A stretch of 64,000 nt of DNA from positions 3,136,001-3,200,000 of the forward strand of contig CBDDFZ010000001.1 of NCBI GenBank assembly GCA_965227515.1, written 5' to 3'. Source of the stretch: Alphaproteobacteria bacterium. GTDB lineage: Bacteria > Pseudomonadota > Alphaproteobacteria > CALKHQ01. Shown here piece after piece: positions 45,592-56,139 of the stretch; within the stretch, counting starts at the first letter, position 1; each line of letters opens with the position of its first letter. The position numbers were made by a program, and so were the translations under genes. Below the pieces are notes generated by a model, which saw only the letters and a program-made list of their open reading frames with translations, searched no databases and was not told the origin of the DNA.

Positions 45592-46322
45592 GGCGCCGCC
45601 GACCCGCCGATGGCCAGGATCGAGCCGCCGATCGCCAGCTCGGCCAGGGCAGCAACGATGCAGGCGGCGATCAGCCCGTCGAACCGGTCGAGCACGCCGC
45701 CATGGCCGGGAATGAGCGTGCCCGTGTCCTTCACGTTCACCAGCCGCTTGGCGCGGGATTCCAGCAAGTCGCCGGCCTGCGCCACCACGGCCACCACTGC
45801 GCCCGCCAGCGCCAGCAGCCCGATGTTCGGCGATGCGACCAGCCAGCCGACCAGCGCGCTGGCCGCCGCCGCCGCGACGATGCCGACGATAAGGCCCGAC
45901 CACGTCTTGGCCGGGCTGATGGAGGGCGCCAATTTCGGCCCGCCGATGTTGCGCCCGCCGATGAAGGCAAAGATGTCGGTGGCCGCGACGCAGCCGACGA
46001 TCCAGAACAGCGTGTCGCGCCCGGCCACATGGTCGCGGGTGCCGTCGGGGCCGAAATAGAGCATCAGGAACGCGGCGGCCGCCAGACCGATCCAGGCGAT
46101 GCCGCCCCAGGCCCAGACGGTCGGCAAGCCACGCTTGATGAGGCCGACCCATTCCACGAACGCGAGCGACATCACGGTGCCGACCAGGACCGCTACGCCC
46201 ATGCCGCCGGCCATGACCGCGGCGATACCGACGCCGACCAGGCAGACACCGGCAATGCTGCGTTGCAGCAGCACGCGCGGCGGTGGTGCTGCCCGCCGGG
46301 TGGTTGGCATGTCAGCCCGCAT
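45588..46322 (-). CDS. cdsA: Phosphatidate cytidylyltransferase
   Basis: ATDIFAF, KLAPSISPAKTWSG, GDLLESRAKR, KDTGTLIPGHGGVLDRFD. Confidence 0.94.
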   Translation of the reverse strand: MRADMPTTRRAAPPPRVLLQRSIAGVCLVGVGIAAVMAGGMGVAVLVGTVMSLAFVEWVGLIKRGLPTVWAWGGIAWIGLAAAAFLMLYFGPDGTRDHVAGRDTLFWIVGCVAATDIFAFIGGRNIGGPKLAPSISPAKTWSGLIVGIVAAAAASALVGWLVASPNIGLLALAGAVVAVVAQAGDLLESRAKRLVNVKDTGTLIPGHGGVLDRFDGLIAACIVAALAELAIGGSILAIGGSAAP

Positions 46323-46385
46323 CGACGCCGCTTGCCATCGGTGTGTGCGGGCGCACGTCGTCTCGCCAGGGCACCAAGGCCGGGA

Positions 46386-47132
46386 TCAGCTCAGTTGATG
46401 GCTGGCGAGGCCGTAGCGCCGCTCGCGCCGGCCGAATTCCATCACCGCGTCCGCCAGGTGCTGGCGCGTGAAGTCGGGCCACAGGGTGTCGGTGAACATC
46501 AACTCCGCGTACGCGCACTGCCAGAGCAGGAAGTTGCTGATGCGCTGCTCGCCGCTGGTGCGGATCAGCAAATCCGGGTCCGGAATGTCGTGGGTCGACA
46601 ACGCGCCGGATACCTGGGTTTCGTCGATGTCCTCGGCCGCCAGTTCGCCGTCGCGGACCCGCGCCGCCAGCGCCTGGGTCGCCCGCACGATATCGTCGCG
46701 GCCGCCATAGCTGAGCGCGATGACCAGGTTGAGGCCGGTATTGGCCCCGGTCATCTGTTCCGCGTCCTCGATCAGCGCGCGGATGTCCTTGGCCAACCGG
46801 TCGCGATTGCCGATCACGCGCAGGCGCACGCCATTGCGATGCAGTTCGGAGATCTCGCTGCGCAGGTAGCGGCGCAGCAGGCCCATCAGGTCCTCGACCT
46901 CGGTGAGCGGACGGCGCCAGTTCTCGGACGAGAAGCCGAACAGAGTCAGGTACTTGATGCCGAGCTCGCCCGCCGCCCGCGTCGCCTCGCGCACCGCGTC
47001 CGCCCCCCGGCGGTGCCCCGCGATCCGCGGCAGCCCGCGACTGCGCGCCCAACGCCCGTTGCCGTCCATGATGATGGCGACATGGACCGGAATGTCGGCG
47101 GAGGCGTGGTCGGGGGCGGCTTCCGGCATCAC
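46386..47132 (-). CDS. uppS: Undecaprenyl diphosphate synthase
   Basis: HVAIIMDGNGRWA, FSSENWRRP, IRTSGEQRISNFLLWQ. Confidence 0.97.
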   Translation of the reverse strand: MMPEAAPDHASADIPVHVAIIMDGNGRWARSRGLPRIAGHRRGADAVREATRAAGELGIKYLTLFGFSSENWRRPLTEVEDLMGLLRRYLRSEISELHRNGVRLRVIGNRDRLAKDIRALIEDAEQMTGANTGLNLVIALSYGGRDDIVRATQALAARVRDGELAAEDIDETQVSGALSTHDIPDPDLLIRTSGEQRISNFLLWQCAYAELMFTDTLWPDFTRQHLADAVMEFGRRERRYGLASHQLS

Positions 47133-47134
47133 AT

Positions 47135-47710
47135 TCAGACCTGCATGATTTCCTGTTCTTTCGCGGCCAGCAGGTCGTCGATTTCCTTCACCGTCGCATC
47201 GGTCGCGGTCTGGATGTCACTGCCGAGCGAGTGATGCTCGTCCTGCGAGATGTCGCCATCCTTCTCCTGGCGCTTCAACGTCTCCATGCCGTCGCGGCGG
47301 ACGTTGCGCACGGCCACCCGCGCCTGCTCGGCATATTTGCCGGCCACCCGCGAGAGTTCCTGGCGCCGTTCCTCGTTCAGCTCCGGCAGCGGCACCCGCA
47401 CGGTCTGACCTTCCGTCGCAGGATTGAGCCCCAACCCACTGTCGCGGATCGCCTTTTCTACCGCCTTGGTCAGCGACTGGTCCCACACCTGGACCGACAG
47501 CATTCTGGCGTCGACGACGCTGACCGACCCGACCTGGCTGATCGGCATGGTGCCGCCATAGGCCTCGACCTGGACCGGTTCCAGAAGGTTGGTCGACGCC
47601 CGCCCGGTGCGCAGGCCGCCGAACTCCTGTTTCAGCACTTCAACCGCACCATGCATGCGTCGCTTGATGTCTTTCATACTAAACGATGTTCCGCCGTCCT
47701 CGTTGCTCAC
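47135..47710 (-). CDS. frr: Ribosome recycling factor
   Basis: [27 protein letters not shown]. Confidence 0.96.
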   Translation of the reverse strand: MSNEDGGTSFSMKDIKRRMHGAVEVLKQEFGGLRTGRASTNLLEPVQVEAYGGTMPISQVGSVSVVDARMLSVQVWDQSLTKAVEKAIRDSGLGLNPATEGQTVRVPLPELNEERRQELSRVAGKYAEQARVAVRNVRRDGMETLKRQEKDGDISQDEHHSLGSDIQTATDATVKEIDDLLAAKEQEIMQV

Positions 47711-47762
47711 GTATCCCTCCCCGCCGTCCCGCTCTCCGGCGGGATGACGTTGTGTTCGTCGC

Positions 47763-48500
47763 TCAGGCCGCCTCGTCGCAGATGACCGTGAACTGGCCCT
47801 GCCCGCAGGCGACCCTCGCGAAATTGCCCGCCGTGGTGATCGAGAACACCACGACTGGAAATCCGCTCTCGCGGGCCAAGGATATCGCAGAATGGTCCAT
47901 CACGGCCAGATCGCGCGACAGCACCTGATGATACGTCAGCCGGTCGTACCACTGCGCGTCGGGATCGCGCTTCGGATCGGCGCTGTAGACGCCGTCCACC
48001 TTGGTGCCCTTCATCAGCACGTCGCAGCCCATTTCGCTGGCGCGCAGCGCGGCGGCGGTGTCGGTGGTGAAGAACGGGTTGCCGGTGCCGGCGGCGAAGA
48101 TGACCACCCGGCGTTTTTCCATGTGCCGGATCGCGCGACGGCGGATGAACGGCTCACACACCGTGTCCATCGGAATGGCGGACTGCACCCGGGTGTGGAT
48201 GCCCAGCCGCTCCAGCGCGCTTTGCATGGCCAGCGCGTTGATCAGCGTCGCCAGCATGCCCATGTGGTCGGCGCTGGCCCGGTCCATGCCGGTGGCGGCG
48301 CCGGACACGCCGCGGAAGATGTTGCCGCCGCCGACCACGATGCACAGCTCGCAGCCCAGATTGTGGACGTCCTGGATATCGGTGGCGATGCGGCCGACCG
48401 CCTCGTTGCTGAGCCCGAAGCGGTCGTCACCCATCAGGGCTTCGCCCGATAGTTTCAGAAGGATGCGGCGAAACACCGGTTTGGGGGCATCGTTCGGCAT
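47763..48500 (-). CDS. pyrH: UMP kinase
   Basis: [29 protein letters not shown]. Confidence 0.97.
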   Translation of the reverse strand: MPNDAPKPVFRRILLKLSGEALMGDDRFGLSNEAVGRIATDIQDVHNLGCELCIVVGGGNIFRGVSGAATGMDRASADHMGMLATLINALAMQSALERLGIHTRVQSAIPMDTVCEPFIRRRAIRHMEKRRVVIFAAGTGNPFFTTDTAAALRASEMGCDVLMKGTKVDGVYSADPKRDPDAQWYDRLTYHQVLSRDLAVMDHSAISLARESGFPVVVFSITTAGNFARVACGQGQFTVICDEAA

Positions 48501-48525
48501 CGCCGTATCCTCTCTGTGCGTTTTG

Positions 48526-49446
48526 TCAGCCGGCGAGCTGCGCCACCTCAGCCGCAAAGTCGTCCTCGGCCTTCTCGACCCCCTCGCCCAGGACGAACTT
48601 GGTGAACGCCGCCACCGCGACCGGCGCGCCGGCATCCTTGGCCGCCTGCTCAAGCACCTTGCCGACCTTGGTCTCGTTGTCGATGACGAAGACCTGCTCG
48701 GTCAGCACCACTTCCTCATAATACTTGCGCATCCGGCCTTCGATCATCTTCTCGATGATCTCCTCCGGCTTGCCGCTCTCGCGGGCTTGGTCGCGCAGGA
48801 TCGCGCGCTCGCGCTCGATCATTGCCGGGTCCAGGCTGTCGCGGCTGGGCGCCTGCGGGTTGGCGGCCGCCACATGCATGGCGATCTGCTTGCCGAGCGG
48901 CTCCAGCATATCGGCCGCGCCGGTGGACTGCATGCCGACCAGAACGCCGATCTTGCCAAGGCCCGGTGCCACGGCGCCGTGCACATAGGGGGCGACGACG
49001 CCGGCGTCGACCGTCAGCGTCTCCATCCGGCGGATGGTCATGTTCTCGCCGATGGTCGCGATCAGGTTGGTCAGCTCCTCGGCCACCGTCCGGTCGGAGC
49101 CGGGATAGGCCGCGGCCCCGAGCGCGTCGAGGTCGCCGGCGTCGAGCGACAGCTTCGCCGCGGTCGCCACGAAGGCCTGGAACTTCTCGTTCCGGGCCAC
49201 GAAGTCGGTTTCGGCATTCACTTCGACCAAGGCACCGCGGTTGCCGCTGACCGCGACTCCGACCAGGCCCTCGGCCGCCACGCGGCCGGCCTTCTTCGCC
49301 GCCGCCGACAGGCCCTTCTTGCGCAGCCAGTCGACCGCCGCCTCGACGTCGCCGTCAACCTCGGACAGCGCCTTCTTGCAATCCATCATGCCGGCGCCGG
49401 TCTTGTCGCGCAGCTGTTTGACCAATGCCGCTGAAATCTGCGCCAT
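48526..49446 (-). CDS. tsf: Elongation factor Ts
   Basis: [30 protein letters not shown]. Confidence 0.98.
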   Translation of the reverse strand: MAQISAALVKQLRDKTGAGMMDCKKALSEVDGDVEAAVDWLRKKGLSAAAKKAGRVAAEGLVGVAVSGNRGALVEVNAETDFVARNEKFQAFVATAAKLSLDAGDLDALGAAAYPGSDRTVAEELTNLIATIGENMTIRRMETLTVDAGVVAPYVHGAVAPGLGKIGVLVGMQSTGAADMLEPLGKQIAMHVAAANPQAPSRDSLDPAMIERERAILRDQARESGKPEEIIEKMIEGRMRKYYEEVVLTEQVFVIDNETKVGKVLEQAAKDAGAPVAVAAFTKFVLGEGVEKAEDDFAAEVAQLAG

Positions 49447-49523
49447 GGTTCGTCACCTCATTCGTTCATCGTCTATGGATCAGCGCCCGGGCGCCCGAAC
49501 GGCACCCACGGCGCGGCTGATAA

Positions 49524-50555
49524 TCAGGCTTCGGCCGACTTCTCTTCGGTAGCCCCGGCGTCGGGAGTGGCCGCATCGTCAGCCGCGGCATTCGCTTCCG
49601 CCTTTTCCTCCAGGGCCGCCACCGTTTCCGGATCGCCAATCTTTTCCGCCATCGTGGCGTCCGAGGTCGGCGCTGCCGCCTGTTCCTCGGTTGCGGCTTC
49701 CGGAGCAGCTTCCGGAGTTGCTTCGGGGGCAGCCTCAGCGGCGGCTTCCGCCGGCGCCTCGTCGACGTGTTCGGCTTCCGCCGTCGCCTCGATCTCAGCG
49801 TCGGACAGCGCGCCCTCCGCCTCCGGTTCCGCGGATTCGCCGACATCGACGCCCTGCGCCACCATCATCGACTGCAGGCCGTCCAGAACCGCGTCCGACG
49901 CAAGCTGCAGGTAGAGGTTGATGGCCCGCAGCGCATCGTCGTTGCCCGGGATCGGATAGGAGACGCCATCGGGATCGGAGTTGCTGTCGATCACCGCCAC
50001 CACGGGGATGCGCAGCTTGTTGGCCTCCTGGACCGCGATCATGTCCTTGTTCACATCCAGCACGAACAGCATGTCCGGCAGGGCGCCCATGTCCTTGATG
50101 CCGCCAAGCGCGCGCTCCAGCTTGTCGCGCTCGCGGGTCAGGAACAGAAGCTCGCGCTTGGTCATGCCCAGGCTCTCGTTGGACTCGAGCTGGGCGTCCA
50201 GTTCGCGCAGGCGCTTGATGGAGTTGGAGATGGTCTGCCAGTTGGTCAACATGCCGCCGAGCCAGCGGTGATTGACGAAGTACTGGCCGCAGCGCTTGGC
50301 GTAGTCGGCCACCCGCTCGCTCGCCTGGCGCTTGGTGCCGACGAACAGGATACGCCCGCCACCGGCGGAGATGTCGCGGATCGCCTGCAGCGCCTGATCG
50401 AGCAGCGGCACGGTCTGCTGCAGGTCGATGATGTGCACGTTGTTGCGCGCGCCGAAGATGTACTGCGACATCTTCGGGTTCCAACGACGGGTGCTGTGGC
50501 CGAAGTGGACGCCTGCTTCCAGGAGCTGGCGCATGCTGAAGTTCGGAAGAGCCAT
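49524..50555 (-). CDS. rpsB: 30S ribosomal protein S2 with long acidic C-terminal tail
   Basis: [27 protein letters not shown]. Confidence 0.98.
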   Translation of the reverse strand: MALPNFSMRQLLEAGVHFGHSTRRWNPKMSQYIFGARNNVHIIDLQQTVPLLDQALQAIRDISAGGGRILFVGTKRQASERVADYAKRCGQYFVNHRWLGGMLTNWQTISNSIKRLRELDAQLESNESLGMTKRELLFLTRERDKLERALGGIKDMGALPDMLFVLDVNKDMIAVQEANKLRIPVVAVIDSNSDPDGVSYPIPGNDDALRAINLYLQLASDAVLDGLQSMMVAQGVDVGESAEPEAEGALSDAEIEATAEAEHVDEAPAEAAAEAAPEATPEAAPEAATEEQAAAPTSDATMAEKIGDPETVAALEEKAEANAAADDAATPDAGATEEKSAEA

Positions 50556-50680
50556 GATTTGCCTCGTGTTTTCCGGTTTGACCATACATGGACAAGGTCT
50601 CGGTCGAACCAGTCGCCCGAAACACCGGAAGGGCCGCCAAACGGCGACCTCATGCCCATGCGCGGATTTGTGCGCGGGTG
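50556..50680 (-). promoter_or_regulatory. Probable structured rpsB leader (S2 autoregulation)
   Basis: Long 5' region with complementary TTCCGG...CCGGAA segments before the ATG. S2 leaders are known in proteobacteria. Confidence 0.45.
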
Positions 50681-50788
50681 ATAGCGACAGACGGCGGAAA
50701 AAGCAAGGGTTGTGAGACGTATTTGGCGCTGCGCCGGGTGCCACTTCTATGCTGGATTCTTGCCGTTGCCGCTCCGGCAGCATATGAC

Positions 50789-51073
50789 ATGGAACAAATG
50801 AGCCACACTGAGCCAAATCTGACCATCGACGCCGATCTTGAGGCACGCCTCAGTGCCCTCGCCGCGCGGACCGGTCGTACCGTCTCCGACCTGGCGGAGA
50901 CGGTCCTGCGCCGTCATGCCGATGAACAGGAACGCTTGATCGCGGAACTGGCGGAGGATGAGGCCCGCTGGCAGCACTACCTCGCCAGCAGAACGTCGGT
51001 AGCCTTCGACGATGTCCACCGGCGGCTGCGCCATCTTGCTGCGGAGGCGGCCGCGAAGTCCGAAGCGACTTGA
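50789..51073 (+). CDS. CopG/RHH-type (ParD-like) antitoxin
   Basis: [35 protein letters not shown] pattern, then DEARWQHY...VAFDDV. TTGA overlap with a toxin-like start. Confidence 0.78.
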   Translation: MEQMSHTEPNLTIDADLEARLSALAARTGRTVSDLAETVLRRHADEQERLIAELAEDEARWQHYLASRTSVAFDDVHRRLRHLAAEAAAKSEAT

Positions 51074-51159
51074 ACTTCGTCTTTCTCCCGGAGGCTGTCG
51101 AGGACATCGACCGCCTCTATCACTTCCTTGTCGGCAGGGAAAACCGGGACCGCAACTGA
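51070..51159 (+). pseudogene. Truncated RelE/ParE-family toxin (29 aa)
   Basis: TTG start overlapping the antitoxin stop: [29 protein letters not shown]. Matches the RelE/ParE beta1-alpha1 N-terminus; no room for the rest before pncA. Confidence 0.7.
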
Positions 51160-51182
51160 CGGCGGCAGACAATCGTCCAGGC

Positions 51183-51821
51183 TCAGCCGATGTGGTCGAC
51201 GTTCGCGACCGCGATCCGCTTCTCCGCGAAGCTCGCCACCGCCGCTTCCAGGCTGCCGTGCAGGTCGACCGCGCGGCAGGCATCCTCCACCACGATGGAC
51301 TCGAACCCCTGGCGCGCCGCGTCCTCGGCGGTGAACCGCACGCACACGTCCAGCGCCAGCCCGGTGCAGAACACGCGCTTGAAGCCGCGTTCGCGCAGAT
51401 AGCCGGTCAATCCGGTCGGCGTCGTCTTGTCGTTCTCGAAGAAGGCCGAGTAGCTGTCGATCTGTTGGCGGAAGCCCTTGCGGATGACCAGTTCGTTGTG
51501 CGGCACGTCCAGCCCGTCGTGGAATGCCGCGCCGGGAGTCCGCTGCACGCAATGGTCCGGCCACAGGGTCTGGGTGCCATAAGGCATCTCGATGGTCTCG
51601 AACGGCTGCTTGCCGGCGTGCTGGGACGCGAACGACGCATGGCCCTCCGGGTGCCAGTCCTGGGTGAACACCACATGGGCAAACGACTGGGCCAGCCGGT
51701 TGATCAGCGGCACCACTTCGTCGCCGCCCGAAATCGCCAGGCTGCCGCCGGGGCAGAAATCGTTCTGTACGTCGACTACCAACAGCACGTCGGTCGCCGC
51801 ATCCACCGTAAGGTCGCTCAT
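51183..51821 (-). CDS. pncA: Nicotinamidase/pyrazinamidase
   Basis: VDVQNDFCPGGSL, TQDWHP, LWPDHCVQ, DSYSAFFEND, GLALDVCV. Confidence 0.95.
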   Translation of the reverse strand: MSDLTVDAATDVLLVVDVQNDFCPGGSLAISGGDEVVPLINRLAQSFAHVVFTQDWHPEGHASFASQHAGKQPFETIEMPYGTQTLWPDHCVQRTPGAAFHDGLDVPHNELVIRKGFRQQIDSYSAFFENDKTTPTGLTGYLRERGFKRVFCTGLALDVCVRFTAEDAARQGFESIVVEDACRAVDLHGSLEAAVASFAEKRIAVANVDHIG

Positions 51822-51883
51822 CGTCCCTGCCCCATCGTCGGCCCTTAAAGGCTGGAGTGTCGTTGCGCTGCGCGGTGCGAAAT

Positions 51884-54800
51884 CTATGCCATCTCACGCA
51901 CGTCGACGACCCCGGGCAGTTCGCGCAGGGCCGAACGCACTTGCGCCCCGGTGGGATAGCGGCCGGGCAGCTCCAGCTCGACCTCGCGCTGGTCGACATC
52001 CAGCATCAGCACGATGCGGCCCCGGTTGGCGCCGCCCGGTCTGGCCGTCATGGCCTCGCCGGCATCGGCGATGACGGTGCGCACCGACGACAGGGTATCG
52101 CTGTCGCCGACATAGACCTGCATGCCGACGGCGACCTCGTCGGCGCGCTTGTCGAGCGGTTCCAGGCGCTGGGCGACCAGGCGCAGGTCATCGTCCTGCT
52201 GCTGGGCATCGACGCTGACGATGACCGGCTGGCCCACCGTCAACAGGTTGCGCGATACCGCCAGCATCTCGGAGAACAGGGTGACCTCGAACGAGCCGGT
52301 GCTGTCGGACATCATGACGTGGGCGAAGCGGTTGCCGGTGCGGCTGGACGTGCGTTCGTGCACGGCCAGCACGATGCCGGCCAGGTCCGGTCGCCCGGTG
52401 CCGCCGTCACGCAGCCATGCCGGCAGGTCGGCATAGGAGACCACGCCGAGCCGGCGCAAGGTGGCATCGAAGGCGTCCAGCGGGTGCGCCGACAGATAGA
52501 ACCCGATCACCTCGAACTCGCGCTTCAGCCGCTCCATCGTCGCCCAGTCCATGTCGCCGGCCAATCCCGGCGGCGGGCCCAACTGGTCGGCATCGCCGCC
52601 GCCGAACAGGCTACTCTGGCTGCTTGTGCGGGCCGCCTGTGCCGCCTGCGACCAGCGCACCAGCCGGTCGACCGACTGGTGCAGGACCGAGCGGTTGCGG
52701 TTCAGGCTGTCGAAGGCACCGGCGGCGATCAGGTTCTCCAACTGCCGCTTGTTGACGACCTTGGTGTCCAGGCGGGCGGCCAGATCGAACGGATCGGCGA
52801 ACGGGCCATTGGCCTCGCGCTCGGCAACCAGGTCCTCCATCGCCTGGCGGCCGACGCCCTTGATTGCGCACAGCGCATAGCGGATGGCGGGCTTGCCCCC
52901 GGCATCGTTCTCCACCGCGAACGACGTGTGGGAGGCATTGACGTCGGGCGGCAGGATCGCGATGTCCTGGCGCAAGAGCTCGTTGCGATAGCCGGCCAGC
53001 TTCTCGGTGTTGCCCATGTCGTGGGTCATCGACGCGGCAAAGAACTCGACCGGATAGTTCGCCTTCAGATAGGCGGTCTGGTAGGCGACCAGGGCATAGG
53101 CCGCCGCGTGGCTCTTGTTGAAGCCGTAGCCGGCGAACTTGTTCACCTGGTCGAAGATGCGCCGCGCGGTGTCCGGCCCCACCTCATTGCGCTTGGCGCC
53201 CTCGACGAAGCTCTCCTTCTGGGCATCCATCTCCGCCTGGATCTTCTTGCCCATGGCGCGGCGCAGCAGGTCGGCGTCGCCCAGCGTGTAGCCGGCCAGC
53301 ACCTGGGCGATCTGCATCACCTGTTCCTGGTAGATCATGATGCCGTGGGTCTCGGCCAGAATAGGCTCCAGGCTGCCATGCATGAAGTCGGGCGCCTCGC
53401 GCCCGTGCTTGCGGTTGATGTAGCTCGGGATGTTTTCCATCGGGCCCGGGCGGTAGAGCGCCACGACGGCGATGATGTCCTCGAACCGGTCCGGTTTCAG
53501 GCGGCGCAGCACGTCGCGCACGCCGCCGCTTTCCATCTGGAACACGCCGGTTACATCCGCCTTGGTCAGCATCTCGAACGTGTGCCTGTCGTCGAGCGGG
53601 ATGTGGTCGATGTCGATGGTGGTGCCGCGCGCCGCCAGGATGTCGCACGCTTCGCGAATGACAGTCAGCGTCTTCAGGCCCAGGAAGTCGAACTTCACCA
53701 GCCCGGCCTTCTCGACCAGCTTCATGTTGAACTGGGTCGCCGGCATGTCGGAGCCGGGGTCCTTGTAGAGCGGCACCAGCTCGGTCAGCGGCCGGTCGCC
53801 GATCACCACGCCGGCGGCGTGGGTCGAAGCGTTTCGGAACAGGCCCTCCAGTTGCAGCGCGGTCTCCAGCAGGCGCTTCACCGCCTCTTCCTTGTCGCGC
53901 ATCTCCTGCAGCCTGGGCTCGCCCTCGATCGCCTGCTTCAGCGTCACCGGCTTGGCCGGGTTGTAGGGGATCATCTTGGCGATGCGGTCGACCTGGCCGT
54001 ACGGCATCTCCAGCACGCGGCCGGCATCGCGCACTACGGCGCGCGCCTCCAGCTTGCCGAAGGTGATGATCTGGGCGACCCGGTCGTGGCCGTACTTGTC
54101 CTGGACGTAGTGGATGACCTCGTCGCGCCGGTCCTTGCAGAAGTCGATGTCGAAGTCGGGCATCGACACGCGCTCGGGGTTCAGGAAGCGCTCGAACAGC
54201 AGGCCCCAGCGCAGCGGGTCGAGGTCGGTGATGCCCAGCGACCACGCGGCGACGGAGCCGGCGCCGGAACCGCGTCCGGGGCCGACCGGAATGCCCTGCC
54301 CCTTCGCCCACTGGATGAAGTCGGCGACGATCAGGAAGTAGCCTGGGAAGCCCATCTGCACGATGACGTCGAGCTCGTGGACCAGGCGGTCGCGGTACGG
54401 CTTGGTCCAGTCGCCCTCAGCAGGCTTGTTCTCCGTCCGCGCGATGTCGGCGAGCCGTCGGTCGAGCCCCTGCTCGGCCATGGCGCGCAGCGCGTCCGCC
54501 TCGTCCAGGCCCTCGGCCGACTGGAAGCGCGGCAGGATCGGGTCATGCTCGGTCGGGTAATAGGCGCAGCGCCTGGCGATGACGAGCGTGTTGGCAATCG
54601 CCTCCGGCAGGTCGGCGAAGGCATAGGCCATCTCCTCGGCCTTGCGGAAACGGTGCTGACGGGTCAGGCGCCGGCGCCTGGTGTCGGAAACGTGGGTACG
54701 GTCGGCGATGCACAACAGCGCGTCGTGCGCCTCGTACATCTCCTGCTCGGCGAAATAGACCTCGTTGGTGGCGACCAGCGGCAGGTCCATGTCATAGGCC

Positions 54801-55393
54801 AGCTCGACCAGCCCGTCCTCGATCATCGCCTCCAGGTCGGTGCCGTGTCGGGTGATCTCCATGTAGAGCCGGCCCGGAAACAACGTCGACAGCGAGGTCG
54901 CGAGCTGCCGAGCGCGGTCCTTCTGCCCCTCCGCCAGCGCACGGCCGATGCCGCCGCCAGTGCCGCCGGTGAGCGCGATCAGCCCGTTGGTCCGCCCCTC
55001 CAGCACGCCGTAGCCGTCCAATGACGGGGCTCCGGCGGCGGGGGTCACGTAGCCTTCGCTCACCAGGGACAGCAGGTTCAGGTAGCCCGCCTCGTCCTGC
55101 GCCAGCAACGGCAGCGCCTCGATGCAATGGCCGCCATTGCCGTTGCTGGAATGGCCCTCGCCGGCATGCGAGACCGCGATCGGCAAGGTGCACCCGATGA
55201 TCGGCTGGACCCCGGCCTTCACGGCGGCCAGCGCAAATTCCAGCGCGCCGAATAGATTGCCGTTGTCGGTCACGGCGACGGCCGGCATCGCATCCGCCGC
55301 GCACAGCTTCGGCAGATCGGCGACCTTGATCGCGCCCTCCGTCAGCGAATAGGCAGAGCGGACGCGAAGGTGTACAAACGGGGCGTGGGCCAT
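51884..55393 (-). CDS. dnaE: DNA polymerase III alpha subunit
   Basis: PHP domain HLRVRSAYS, GPGRGSGAGS, PDFDIDF, STHAAGVV, KFDFLGL, YGFNKSHAAAY. Alternative ATG at 55408. Confidence 0.98.
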   Translation of the reverse strand: MAHAPFVHLRVRSAYSLTEGAIKVADLPKLCAADAMPAVAVTDNGNLFGALEFALAAVKAGVQPIIGCTLPIAVSHAGEGHSSNGNGGHCIEALPLLAQDEAGYLNLLSLVSEGYVTPAAGAPSLDGYGVLEGRTNGLIALTGGTGGGIGRALAEGQKDRARQLATSLSTLFPGRLYMEITRHGTDLEAMIEDGLVELAYDMDLPLVATNEVYFAEQEMYEAHDALLCIADRTHVSDTRRRRLTRQHRFRKAEEMAYAFADLPEAIANTLVIARRCAYYPTEHDPILPRFQSAEGLDEADALRAMAEQGLDRRLADIARTENKPAEGDWTKPYRDRLVHELDVIVQMGFPGYFLIVADFIQWAKGQGIPVGPGRGSGAGSVAAWSLGITDLDPLRWGLLFERFLNPERVSMPDFDIDFCKDRRDEVIHYVQDKYGHDRVAQIITFGKLEARAVVRDAGRVLEMPYGQVDRIAKMIPYNPAKPVTLKQAIEGEPRLQEMRDKEEAVKRLLETALQLEGLFRNASTHAAGVVIGDRPLTELVPLYKDPGSDMPATQFNMKLVEKAGLVKFDFLGLKTLTVIREACDILAARGTTIDIDHIPLDDRHTFEMLTKADVTGVFQMESGGVRDVLRRLKPDRFEDIIAVVALYRPGPMENIPSYINRKHGREAPDFMHGSLEPILAETHGIMIYQEQVMQIAQVLAGYTLGDADLLRRAMGKKIQAEMDAQKESFVEGAKRNEVGPDTARRIFDQVNKFAGYGFNKSHAAAYALVAYQTAYLKANYPVEFFAASMTHDMGNTEKLAGYRNELLRQDIAILPPDVNASHTSFAVENDAGGKPAIRYALCAIKGVGRQAMEDLVAEREANGPFADPFDLAARLDTKVVNKRQLENLIAAGAFDSLNRNRSVLHQSVDRLVRWSQAAQAARTSSQSSLFGGGDADQLGPPPGLAGDMDWATMERLKREFEVIGFYLSAHPLDAFDATLRRLGVVSYADLPAWLRDGGTGRPDLAGIVLAVHERTSSRTGNRFAHVMMSDSTGSFEVTLFSEMLAVSRNLLTVGQPVIVSVDAQQQDDDLRLVAQRLEPLDKRADEVAVGMQVYVGDSDTLSSVRTVIADAGEAMTARPGGANRGRIVLMLDVDQREVELELPGRYPTGAQVRSALRELPGVVDVREMA

Positions 55394-55446
55394 GCCCAAG
55401 TGTGCCATGCCGGCGCCGCGAAGTCAGCCCGTCTGCGTGCGCCGAG

Positions 55447-55466
55447 CCACAACATCTTGTGGATAA
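55447..55466. promoter_or_regulatory. Overlapping NrdR-like box and DnaA box upstream of dnaE
   Basis: CCACAACATCTTGTGG (55447-55462) and TGTGGATAA, the reverse complement of TTATCCACA (55458-55466). Confidence 0.6.
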
Positions 55467-55520
55467 CTGGGCCAGCCGCGCACATCATGGGCCATTGACA
55501 CGATGACTGGGGAGACTGCC

Positions 55521-56138
55521 ATGCGATCGTTCGAGACCGAGGCCGCACTGCGCGAGGTGATGGGCGAGGCCATGGGGGTGGCGGTCGAGAAGGTGCTGGA
55601 TCATGTCGACCAGCACATCCGCCACTTCATTTCGCTGTCCCCGTTCCTGACCATCGGTACCTCGCGCGCCGACGGCCAGGCCGATGTCAGCCCGCGCGGC
55701 GACCCGCCCGGCTTCGTGATGGTGGTCGACGAGCGCACCTTGCTGATCCCGGAGCGGCCCGGCAACCGCCGCCTGGACACGCTGACCAACATTATCGCCA
55801 ACCCGCAGGTGGGCTTGCTGTTCTTCGTGCCCGGCATCAACGAGACCGTGCGTATCAACGGCACGGCCGAGGTGGTGGACGATCCGGAGCGGCTGGCGGC
55901 GCTGGCCGTGCGGGGCAAGGTGCCGCAGGTCGGCCTGCTGGTCCACGTGCAAGAGGCCTTCATGCACTGCGCCAAGGCGCTGGTGCGCTCCAAGCTGTGG
56001 ACGGACGAGCACAAGGTCGAGCGGTCGTCCTATCCGAGCCTGGGACAGATCATCGTCGACCAGGCCAAGGAGCCGTCGCTGTCGGTCAGCGAGGCCGACG
56101 AGCTGGTCGAAGAAAACTACCGAACCGAACTCTATTGA
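55521..56138 (+). CDS. Pyridoxamine 5'-phosphate oxidase-like FMN-binding protein
   Basis: DVSPRGDPPGFV, PERPGNRRLDTLTNI, LLFFVPG, ETVRING, HCAKALVRSKLW. RBS GGGGAG. Confidence 0.88.
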   Translation: MRSFETEAALREVMGEAMGVAVEKVLDHVDQHIRHFISLSPFLTIGTSRADGQADVSPRGDPPGFVMVVDERTLLIPERPGNRRLDTLTNIIANPQVGLLFFVPGINETVRINGTAEVVDDPERLAALAVRGKVPQVGLLVHVQEAFMHCAKALVRSKLWTDEHKVERSSYPSLGQIIVDQAKEPSLSVSEADELVEENYRTELY

Positions 56139-56139
56139 G

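Noticed and set aside
51857-55024. Very long antisense ORFs (1055 aa here; also 16055-18664, 40858-42933, 25656-27587, 58632-60746)
   Set aside because: Shadows of real GC-rich genes on the opposite strand, with no recognisable motifs.
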